DNA from: an uncultured Erysipelotrichaceae bacterium | GTDB taxonomy: Bacteria; Bacillota_I; Bacilli_A; Erysipelotrichales; Erysipelotrichaceae | NCBI GenBank assembly: GCA_942493105.1 | Contig: OW818668.1 | Coordinates: 150,001 to 182,000, forward strand | Length of the DNA: 32,000 nt | Direction: 5' to 3' | Notes under the pieces: model-generated | What the model was told of the DNA's origin: nothing | The model's database searches: none | The model's input: only the letters and a program-made list of their open reading frames with translations | In this document: piece after piece, positions 21,273 through 27,602 of the stretch | Position numbering within the stretch: position 1 is the first letter of the stretch | Layout of the letters: every line of letters starts with the position of its first letter | Translations under genes and position numbers: made by a program

Positions 21273-21563
21273 CACAGATTTCTAATTAATAATGGAAAAG
21301 TGAAGGGACTTTCATTAGACCTTAAACTAACCTTCAATTGCAAACAATCTCCAATATTGTATCCCAAAATTTACTAATCTTTTGAGAACTTTTCGTTGGC
21401 ATATATAAGCAGAGCATTCTTACTTATCGAGAAGATCGCAAAGACATTCTACAAATAATTTCGCTTTTTAGACTTCTATCAAAAAAATGGAGTATCGCTA
21501 CAACTCACCTTTTATCATGTTCATAAATGTTTCGTCAAACTCGACAAGATAATCATGCAAAGA

Positions 21564-21848
21564 CTATCTTTCGGTTAACGTTAGTTTTAGATCCAATCCA
21601 TCAATGATCTTCATCAATGTATCAATTTTTGGGATATGCTTTTCTCTTTCTAATCTAGATATGGCTTGCTGTGAAACACTTGCTTTTTTCGCAAGTTCAC
21701 ATTGAGATATTTTTTTTAGTTTGCGAATTCTAACAATTTGCTCAATCAGTTCATACCCCTTTTTAACCTGCTCAAAGTTTGATTTGAATTCATCATTTTT
21801 TAGTTCTTCGTTTAGGAGTTCTTTTACATCAATTTTCTTGAATGGCAT
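21564..21848 (-). CDS. XRE-family HTH protein, HigA-like antitoxin
   Basis: 94 aa with HTH_3-like R.LKKISQCELAKKASVSQQAISRLEREKHIPKIDTL. SD AGAGGAA lies 7 nt upstream. It sits directly downstream of a decayed Gp49/HigB-like gene. Confidence 0.75.
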   Translation of the reverse strand: MPFKKIDVKELLNEELKNDEFKSNFEQVKKGYELIEQIVRIRKLKKISQCELAKKASVSQQAISRLEREKHIPKIDTLMKIIDGLDLKLTLTER

Positions 21849-21862
21849 TTAAATTTCCTCTT

Positions 21863-22184
21863 TCACTTTATTTCTTTGGCTCTTTTTATTGCCAGATTTT
21901 TATCTTTTAATTCTGCACTGTTCTTTTGCTTTTACATCCATGTAACAGATAGATATTTTCGTAATCTTTGAGCACATAGAATATCCTATTGAATTTACGG
22001 AATCTAATTTCCCATATCTTCCCTTCAAAATGCTTAATATCAAATTTATTCAAATCATCGATATTACCATTTTCAAGTTTATCCAAAATGTAGAATCCTT
22101 CTGCTTTTCTTCAGTTCTCAGTGTGTTTAGAAATTCTAGTATGAGTTCTTTTCCACCTGTGGTTTCATACGAATGCACATTCAT
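21863..22184 (-). pseudogene. Gp49-like (DUF891, RelE/HigB superfamily) toxin gene disrupted by two frameshifts
   Basis: Three successive minus-strand frames give MNVHSYETTGGKELILEFLNTLRTEEK / (RK)AEGFYILDKLENGNIDDLNKFDIKHFEGKIWEIRFRKFNRIFYVLKDYENIYLLHGCK / KQKNSAELKDKNLAIKRAKEIK*. Joined, they form a typical ~107-aa Gp49-like toxin. Both breaks lie at A4 runs (22105-22108, and 21930-21933 or 21924-21927). Confidence 0.7.
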
Positions 22185-22210
22185 GCATTGCTTCTCCTTT
22201 CTATTCCCAA

Positions 22211-22270
22211 GTGACATTAACAGTATAATACATCATAATTGATGTATTTCAAACATTTTATTAATGTCAC
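22211..22270 (-). promoter_or_regulatory. toxin-antitoxin promoter with nested palindromic operators
   Basis: On the minus strand: -35 TTGAAA (22247-22252), 16-nt spacer, -10 TATTAT (22225-22230). The inner palindrome ATACATCA-TAAT-TGATGTAT (22228-22247) fills the spacer. The outer 10-bp inverted repeat GTGACATTAA (22211-22220) / TTAATGTCAC (22261-22270) brackets the promoter. Confidence 0.55.
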
Positions 22271-22410
22271 CCGAATTATTTAGTATCTTCTCTTAAGATG
22301 TGTGCAAATATCAGTACATTAAAATATCAGAAAACACCAATGCTACATTTACATTGATCACTAACATTCCAACCAAGCAATATAACCTATTTCTTTATAG
22401 TCACTGCATT

Positions 22411-22431
22411 AAAAAAGCCCTATTAGGGCTT
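22411..22431 (-). terminator. terminator downstream of tRNA-Gly(GCC)
   Basis: The minus strand reads AAGCCC-TAATA-GGGCTT followed by TTTTTAATG. Confidence 0.7.
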
Positions 22432-22440
22432 AAACGACTC

Positions 22441-22514
22441 TGGAGCAGGTGAGGGGAATCGAACCCCCGTGTCGACCTTGGCAAGGTCGCGTTCTACCAT
22501 TGAACTACACCTGC
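22441..22514 (-). tRNA. tRNA-Gly (anticodon GCC)
   Basis: The minus strand reads GCAGGTGTAGTTCAATGGTAGAACGCGACCTTGCCAAGGTCGACACGGGGGTTCGATTCCCCTCACCTGCTCCA. It differs from the CCC copy at only 2 of 74 positions (anticodon position 34 and one variable-loop base). Confidence 0.92.
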
Positions 22515-22519
22515 AAAAA

Positions 22520-22595
22520 TGGCGGTCCAGACGGGATTCGAACCCGCGGTCTCCTCCGTGACAGGGAGGCATGTTAACCGCTACACCACTGGACC
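22520..22595 (-). tRNA. tRNA-Asp (anticodon GTC)
   Basis: The minus strand reads GGTCCAGTGGTGTAGCGGTTAACATGCCTCCCTGTCACGGAGGAGACCGCGGGTTCGAATCCCGTCTGGACCGCCA. The anticodon loop is CTGTCAC. Confidence 0.92.
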
Positions 22596-22617
22596 ACAAC
22601 ACAACACTGAACTAATA

Positions 22618-22710
22618 TGGCGCGGAAGGAGGGATTTGAACCCTCGCGTCAGTTTAATCCGACCTATGCCCTTAGCAGGGGCACCTCTTCAGCCGCTTGA
22701 GTACTTCCGC
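22618..22710 (-). tRNA. tRNA-Ser (anticodon GCT)
   Basis: The minus strand reads GCGGAAGTACTCAAGCGGCTGAAGAGGTGCCCCTGCTAAGGGCATAGGTCGGATTAAACTGACGCGAGGGTTCAAATCCCTCCTTCCGCGCCA. It has a long variable arm and the anticodon loop CTGCTAA. Confidence 0.92.
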
Positions 22711-22793
22711 AAGGCCACCTTACAGCGCTTTCTAATGTTAACATACTAACCAACTCTTTTTCAAGTGGTTTTAACTTAAAAACCGATTTTCGT

Positions 22794-22985
22794 TTACTCG
22801 ATGATAAAACCACATTCACGAATGGTCACTTTAGCCGTATAGACCGCATCAGCATCCCCTTCGATCACCACGATGTGATCTTTAGGTTTCACACTAAAGT
22901 TGAGTCTGGTTTCATCCAGTGCCGTTCTTATCTTTTCAGCTTGTTCTTCTGTATCTAAGTTTCTAACAAACAGGATGACTTTCAT
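22794..22985 (-). CDS. small hypothetical protein with an HMA/ferredoxin-like beta-alpha-beta-beta-alpha-beta pattern but no CxxC
   Basis: 63 aa. Its ATG overlaps the deoD stop (TAATG) and GGAGGA lies 5 nt upstream inside deoD. The alternating beta/alpha propensity follows the order seen in CopZ-like domains, but the metal-binding cysteines are absent. Confidence 0.55.
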   Translation of the reverse strand: MKVILFVRNLDTEEQAEKIRTALDETRLNFSVKPKDHIVVIEGDADAVYTAKVTIRECGFIIE

Positions 22986-23698
22986 TAATCCTCCAAGGCA
23001 ATCTGTAATGCGATTTCCATCATTTTCGTAAAGGAGTTTTGACGCTCTTCTGCGGTGGTCACTTCATGGGTCACCAAGGAATCTGAAATCGTCAATAAAC
23101 AAGCCGCTTCTTTCTTTAAGTAACGTGCATTGGCAAACAAGGCAAAGGATTCCATTTCAACACAGACCAAATGATGATCAAGGATGGCTTGTTTTAAAGC
23201 ATCCCCTTCTGCACGATAGAAGACATCTGATGAATGAATGACGCCTTTGATGATGGGGATATGAAGTCTGTTGGCGGCTTTCTCGAGTTGTTCATTTAAT
23301 CTAGGACTTGGATATTGAAGATCTTCATTGAATTTAAATGCTGTTTTTGCGAAGGAAGATTCACTAAAGGCAGCAGTCGCTAAGATCACATCATAGACTT
23401 TGGCTTCTGCTTGATAAGATCCGGCAGAACCAATACGAATGATACGCTCTACATCATATTGGCTATATAATTCATAGGAATAGATTCCAATCGAAGGCAT
23501 ACCCATTCCTGATCCCATAACTGAAATCGGATGACCTTTATAGGTTCCAGTATATCCAAACATGTTTCGGACATCATTGAATTTAACGACATTCTCAAGA
23601 TACGTCTCCGCTATTTTTTGGGCTCTTAAAGGATCTCCAGGCATTAAGACAGTTTTGGCGATCTGACCTTTTTGGGCGTTGTTGTGAGGGGTTGGCAT
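22985..23698 (-). CDS. deoD: purine nucleoside phosphorylase, DeoD type
   Basis: 237 aa. TPH......IA..VL.PGDPLRA..IA...L......N.VR.M.G.TG.YKG..ISVMG.GMG.PS..IY..EL is the hexameric PNP-1 family signature. Confidence 0.92.
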   Translation of the reverse strand: MPTPHNNAQKGQIAKTVLMPGDPLRAQKIAETYLENVVKFNDVRNMFGYTGTYKGHPISVMGSGMGMPSIGIYSYELYSQYDVERIIRIGSAGSYQAEAKVYDVILATAAFSESSFAKTAFKFNEDLQYPSPRLNEQLEKAANRLHIPIIKGVIHSSDVFYRAEGDALKQAILDHHLVCVEMESFALFANARYLKKEAACLLTISDSLVTHEVTTAEERQNSFTKMMEIALQIALED

Positions 23699-23768
23699 AG
23701 GCTTCTCCTTGGTTTTGCCTAAATTATATCATACCTGCCAAAGGTGTGAAATTAAGATGAATTGATGG

Positions 23769-23797
23769 TTGTTTATGGTCTGTTTAAAAGCTATAAT
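23769..23797 (+). promoter_or_regulatory. putative promoter of the Mg2+-related operon
   Basis: TTGTTT (23769-23774), 17-nt spacer, TATAAT (23792-23797). Confidence 0.5.
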
Positions 23798-23822
23798 GAA
23801 GGCAAATGAAAGGAGACTCTTT

Positions 23823-23909
23823 ATGGACAGTGACCCGCTTAGAACCCTGACTTGCTTAATAAAAAACACATCTGTTGAGAGGGCTCCTATCGCTCCTCTC
23901 AACAATTGA
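23823..23909 (+). CDS. candidate 28-codon leader peptide (uORF) MDSDPLRTLTCLIKNTSVERAPIAPLNN
   Basis: The ATG has SD AAAGGAG 7 nt upstream. The ORF runs through hairpin segments A and B, and its TGA (23907-23909) lies inside segment C, directly before the main-gene SD. It has no family assignment and is a prediction only. Confidence 0.4.
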   Translation: MDSDPLRTLTCLIKNTSVERAPIAPLNN

Positions 23910-23915
23910 GAGGAG
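23874..23915 (+). promoter_or_regulatory. three-segment alternative RNA structure (anti-sequestrator / sequestrator of the SD)
   Basis: A is GTTGAGAGG (23874-23882). B is CTCCTCTCAAC (23893-23903). C is TTGAGAGGAG (23906-23915) and contains the SD. A:B forms 9 perfect bp with a 12-nt loop. B:C forms 10 perfect bp with a 3-nt loop. The two pairings are mutually exclusive. Confidence 0.55.
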
Positions 23916-23922
23916 AAGAAAT

Positions 23923-25176
23923 GTGACCTTCAGCAATAACTTATTCTTCAGTAAGATTCTTCATAAAGATATTTTCAATTTGGACGATTCTGTCATTGGT
24001 AATCTCAATGATGTTTTAATTGATGCCAGTGGGATCAAACCTACCTTGACTGCCATAGAAGTCAAGAATGGGAAACGGATCTTCTACATCAACTGTGAGT
24101 CTCTTGAGATCTATCGTAAAAGAAACAATCAATTTACTTTAAAGTTGAATTCACAACAGATCACTTTCGCATCTCCACCTGATAATGCGATCTTTTTAGC
24201 CAAAGACATCCTAGATCGTCAAATCATCGACATCAACGGCCGTAAAGTAGAACGCGTCAATGATATACGAATTGGCTTGATCAATCAAAACTGGGCCGTC
24301 ATCGCAGCTGATATCGGTCTTAGGGGCCTCATACGTCGCTTAGGCATGGAGTATCTGGGAATAACGGTTTCCAGTTTGCTCAAGAAAGAATTCCACAACA
24401 AGCTCGTCGTATGGGACGATGTGCAGCCTTTGATTTCCAATCGGCATAATCTGCAATTGACCCAGCCTTTCACAAAATTGACCACCATGCATGCGGCAGA
24501 CATTGCCGATATCATTGAAGATCTAGATCGTCAAGCTCAGATCGAAGTCTTTAAAAGCTTAGACAATGAACAAGCAGCGGATGTCTTGGAAGAAGTGGAG
24601 TCGGATGTTCAGATTTCTTTGATTGAGCAATTACCTATTGAACAAGCCGCCGATGTCTTGGAGATGATGCCTCAAGATGAAGTCGCCGATATCTTAGAAG
24701 AAGTTGAAGATCTGACCGCTGAAAAACTGTTGATCGAAATGGAAGAACATATCTCAGAAGAAATCCGAGAACTGATGGAATACGATGATCGTACCGTTGG
24801 TTCTTTGATGATGACCGATATGATGTCTTTTGATAAAGATGAGAATGTTAAATCTGTTTTAAAACAACTTCGTCGTGAACAACCCGAAGAAGACATTACC
24901 AACTTCGTTTACGTAGTCGACCAGAAAAAACTGGTTGGGGTTATCTCTTTGATCGATCTGATCCATGCGAAGTCCAATCGTGTTTTACGTTCATTGATGA
25001 AGACAGAACTGGTTTTATTAAAAGATACCGATAAAATTGAATTTGCGATGGAACAGATGCAGAAATATAATTTGATGATTTTACCAGTCATCGATGAACA
25101 CGAAGAACTGATTGGGATCGTTTCTTTAATGGACATCGTTTATGAGTACATTCGTCTGAAGAAGGTGGATATATGA
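23923..25176 (+). CDS. cytosolic PRC-barrel + MgtE N-domain + CBS-pair protein (MgtE Mg2+-sensor module lacking the membrane pore)
   Basis: Start reassigned to the GTG at 23923 (MTFSNNLFF...), with GAGGAG 7 nt upstream. The track's TTG start at 23875 lies inside the leader hairpin. The acidic helical repeats HAADIADIIEDLD...AADVLEEVE...AADVLEMMPQDEVADILEEVE match MgtE_N. They are followed by two CBS motifs (...VGSLMMTDMMSF..., ...LVGVISLIDLI..., ...ILPVIDEHEELIGIVSLMDIV). No TM segments are present. Confidence 0.8.
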   Translation: MTFSNNLFFSKILHKDIFNLDDSVIGNLNDVLIDASGIKPTLTAIEVKNGKRIFYINCESLEIYRKRNNQFTLKLNSQQITFASPPDNAIFLAKDILDRQIIDINGRKVERVNDIRIGLINQNWAVIAADIGLRGLIRRLGMEYLGITVSSLLKKEFHNKLVVWDDVQPLISNRHNLQLTQPFTKLTTMHAADIADIIEDLDRQAQIEVFKSLDNEQAADVLEEVESDVQISLIEQLPIEQAADVLEMMPQDEVADILEEVEDLTAEKLLIEMEEHISEEIRELMEYDDRTVGSLMMTDMMSFDKDENVKSVLKQLRREQPEEDITNFVYVVDQKKLVGVISLIDLIHAKSNRVLRSLMKTELVLLKDTDKIEFAMEQMQKYNLMILPVIDEHEELIGIVSLMDIVYEYIRLKKVDI

Positions 25177-26411
25177 GAGAAAACATAAAGAAAAGATGGA
25201 CTAAACTGCTTTATATCTTAGGCATCATCGGACCAGGCATTATCACAGCCAATGCAGGCAATGATGCGGGTGGCATCGCTACTTACGCCAGTGTTGGGGC
25301 CAAATATGGTTACCGAATGATCTGGGGTTTAATGTTGATGACCATAGGTTTGGCGGTCGTCCAAGAAATGAATGCTCGGATGGGTGTGGTTACCGGAAAA
25401 GGCTTATCCGATCTGATTCGCGAAAAGTTTGGAGTCAAACTTACTTTGTTTGCGATGATCATTTTGTTTGTTGCTAATTTCGGAGTTGTTTTAGGTGATT
25501 TTGCAGGGGTTGCCGCATCGATGGAACTCTTTGGGGTTTCAAAATACATCTCTGTGCCTTTGGTTGCTTTATTCATATGGATCCTTGTCTCAAAAGGATC
25601 TTATGTCAAGGTTGAGAAGATCTTGATGTTGTTTACTTTTGTATTTTTCGGATATATCATTGCAGCCTTTATGGTCAAACCGGATTGGAATGAAGTCGCC
25701 ATCCAAGCCATTACCCCTACTTTTGATATGAATACTGGATTCATACTCGCATTCATCGGATTGGTTGGGACGACAATCACGCCCTATATGCAATTTTATC
25801 TTCAAGCATCCATCGTTGATAAAAAACTGAGTCTAAAAGACTATAAATATGAAAAACTGGATGTCTATATTGGTTCTGTTTGGGGCAACGTCGTTCAGTT
25901 CTTCATCATCGTGTGTACTGCAGCTACTTTATATGCGGTTGGGATCCAAGTCGACAGCGCCTCTGCGGCTGCTTTAGCGCTTAAACCTTTGGCCGGTGAA
26001 AATGCCTTTATTTTGTTTGGAGCAGGCTTATTTGGTGCCTCTGTCTTAGCGACCGCCATCATTCCTCTTTCCACGTCCTATGCGATCTGTGAAGCGTTTG
26101 GATGGGAAAGCGGTGTCGATTACAGTGTCAAAGAAGCACCTGCTTTCTTTGGGATCTATACCTTCATCATCGTGATCGCATCTTCTTTGGTTTTGATTCC
26201 TAATCTTAATCTGATGAGTTTGATCATCAGTACGCAACAGATTGCGGGGGTCTTAACTCCCATCATCTTGATTTTCATGATCATGTTGGTCAATGATAAA
26301 CGCATCATGGGCAAACACACCAACACTAAGATCCAAAACAGTATCGCACTGATCACAGTCACTTTGATCATTGCGATGACCTTGGCCTTGATCGTTTCTC
26401 AATTCCTATAA
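25173..26411 (+). CDS. Nramp-related transporter with a non-canonical metal site (candidate Mg2+ transporter, NRMT-like)
   Basis: 412 aa with about 11 TM segments and the Nramp/SLC11 fold. TM1 reads GNDAGG (D31-A-G-G, nt 25263-25274) where the canonical motif is DPGN. TM6 reads GTTITPY (T203, nt 25779-25781) where the canonical motif is A..MPH. An ATGA start/stop overlap joins it to the upstream gene. Confidence 0.75.
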   Translation: MRENIKKRWTKLLYILGIIGPGIITANAGNDAGGIATYASVGAKYGYRMIWGLMLMTIGLAVVQEMNARMGVVTGKGLSDLIREKFGVKLTLFAMIILFVANFGVVLGDFAGVAASMELFGVSKYISVPLVALFIWILVSKGSYVKVEKILMLFTFVFFGYIIAAFMVKPDWNEVAIQAITPTFDMNTGFILAFIGLVGTTITPYMQFYLQASIVDKKLSLKDYKYEKLDVYIGSVWGNVVQFFIIVCTAATLYAVGIQVDSASAAALALKPLAGENAFILFGAGLFGASVLATAIIPLSTSYAICEAFGWESGVDYSVKEAPAFFGIYTFIIVIASSLVLIPNLNLMSLIISTQQIAGVLTPIILIFMIMLVNDKRIMGKHTNTKIQNSIALITVTLIIAMTLALIVSQFL

Positions 26412-26414
26412 AAT

Positions 26415-26442
26415 AAAAGCGAGTCGCTGACTCGCTTTACTT
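26415..26442. terminator. bidirectional terminator between convergent genes
   Basis: AAGCGAGT-CGCTG-ACTCGCTT flanked by AAATAAA and TACTTTG. It overlaps the ddl stop. Confidence 0.7.
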
Positions 26443-27591
26443 TGATCCTTTACTTCCGCCTGACCTATAATTAGCCAATATGTTTGTCGAATAAGAGAAG
26501 ATCATCTTATTTTTTTGACGGGTTCTTCGAATGGCGATATCGACCAATTCATCCATCAAGGCTGGGAAAGGTTTATCGGTTGCTTCCCACAGATAGAATG
26601 ATAAAGATCCTGGGATCGTATTGATTTCATTCACATAGACCTTTTGAGTTTTATCATCCAATAAGAAATCGATACGGCATACCCCTGCCCCATTAAGAAC
26701 CCTAAAGGCTTCTAAGGCATAGGCTTGGATTTCTAAAGTAAGTTCTTTGGATACTTTGGCTGGACACTGTCTGGTCAAAGAGGCCATGCCTTTAGATTTA
26801 CCACTGCCTTTATATTTGTTGTCGTAGGAAAGGATCGTATCTTCCTTCATGACTTCTTCCAGTACTGATGCTTCACTTCGATCATAGTAACCTAAGACTG
26901 AACAATTCAGTTCTCTTAAGTTGGTAACAGCTTTTTCTACAACGATCTTCACATCATATTGAGAAGCTGTTTCTACAGCTAAAACAAAATCTTTTTCATT
27001 ATGAACCAAACTGATCCCAACACTAGATCCTAAGTTGGCTGGTTTGATGACGACTGGATATCCTAGTTTTTCTACTCTATTTAAGATTTCTTTGCGTTGC
27101 TTGATAAACTCATAGTCAAAGAACCACAACCAATCTACGATCGGTAAGCGGGCATGCTCAAGGATTTGTTTCATCACAACTTTATCCTGTCCTACAGCCC
27201 CACCTAAGACATCTGCGCCACTATAAGGTATCCCTAAGGTTTCTAGATATCCCGCAATAGAACCGTCTTCACAGTGCGTCCCATGGACGACAGGAATGAC
27301 CAAATCGATTTCTTGTCTTCTTTTATAAGGAGACAAAGGTTTGATGAAGAACTTTTGATTCTCTTTGACTAATGAGACTTGAGGAACTGATTTCTCAATG
27401 GAATCAAGATCTTTATAGGTCGTGATGTGTTTCAATTTAGCAGATGAATAAAACTTATGATCTTTGGCCAGATATAAAGGAAATACTTTATATTTCTTTT
27501 CATCTAAAGCAGCCATGGCTTGCATGGCTGATATGATACTGACTTCATGTTCAACGGAATCTCCGCCAAACAATACAGCAACTTTTAACAT
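26437..27591 (-). CDS. ddl: D-alanine--D-alanine ligase
   Basis: 384 aa. Contains V.FGG.S.EHEVS..SA, the ATP-grasp block (YPV..KPA..GSS.GIS) and E.NT.PG. It retains the K-Y pair (YDNKY) expected of D-Ala-D-Ala rather than D-Ala-D-Lac ligases. Confidence 0.9.
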   Translation of the reverse strand: MLKVAVLFGGDSVEHEVSIISAMQAMAALDEKKYKVFPLYLAKDHKFYSSAKLKHITTYKDLDSIEKSVPQVSLVKENQKFFIKPLSPYKRRQEIDLVIPVVHGTHCEDGSIAGYLETLGIPYSGADVLGGAVGQDKVVMKQILEHARLPIVDWLWFFDYEFIKQRKEILNRVEKLGYPVVIKPANLGSSVGISLVHNEKDFVLAVETASQYDVKIVVEKAVTNLRELNCSVLGYYDRSEASVLEEVMKEDTILSYDNKYKGSGKSKGMASLTRQCPAKVSKELTLEIQAYALEAFRVLNGAGVCRIDFLLDDKTQKVYVNEINTIPGSLSFYLWEATDKPFPALMDELVDIAIRRTRQKNKMIFSYSTNILANYRSGGSKGSK

Positions 27592-27602
27592 ACTGCCTCC
27601 TT

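Larger units (their letters stand above)
22411..22514 (-). repeat. direct repeat copy 2 (tRNA-Gly + terminator unit), paired with 21122-21231
   Basis: See copy 1. The two copies bracket about 1.2 kb of AT-rich DNA carrying the decayed TA module. Confidence 0.85.

Noticed and set aside
21232-21563. Search for an integrase or recombinase remnant next to the tRNA-Gly repeats
   Set aside because: I read all six frames by eye. There are only very short ORFs and no tyrosine- or serine-recombinase motifs. The mobile-element origin of the islet therefore stays an inference. A tblastn or HMM search could still detect a badly decayed fragment.
22030-22242. 70-aa plus-strand ORF
   Set aside because: It is antisense to the Gp49/HigB-like pseudogene and its promoter. 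It has a low-complexity translation and no SD.
22519-22749. 76-aa plus-strand ORF
   Set aside because: It lies across the tRNA-Asp and tRNA-Ser genes on the opposite strand and is an artefact.
23875-23922. TTG start of the 433-aa ORF given in the track
   Set aside because: The TTG lies inside hairpin segment A and has no SD. The GTG at 23923 is preceded by GAGGAG at 7 nt, and the recognisable protein begins there.
23699-23922. M-box (ykoK) riboswitch upstream of the Nramp-related operon, prompted by GTTGAGAGGGCTCCTAT resembling the M-box 5' string GTTAGGTGAGGCTCCTAT
   Set aside because: The resemblance is limited to about 17 nt. The remaining ~140 nt of the M-box, including the GGGTCAACAG-type core, is absent because the coding region starts 30 nt later. 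The stretch is better explained as arm A of the local alternative hairpin. A cmsearch run would be decisive.
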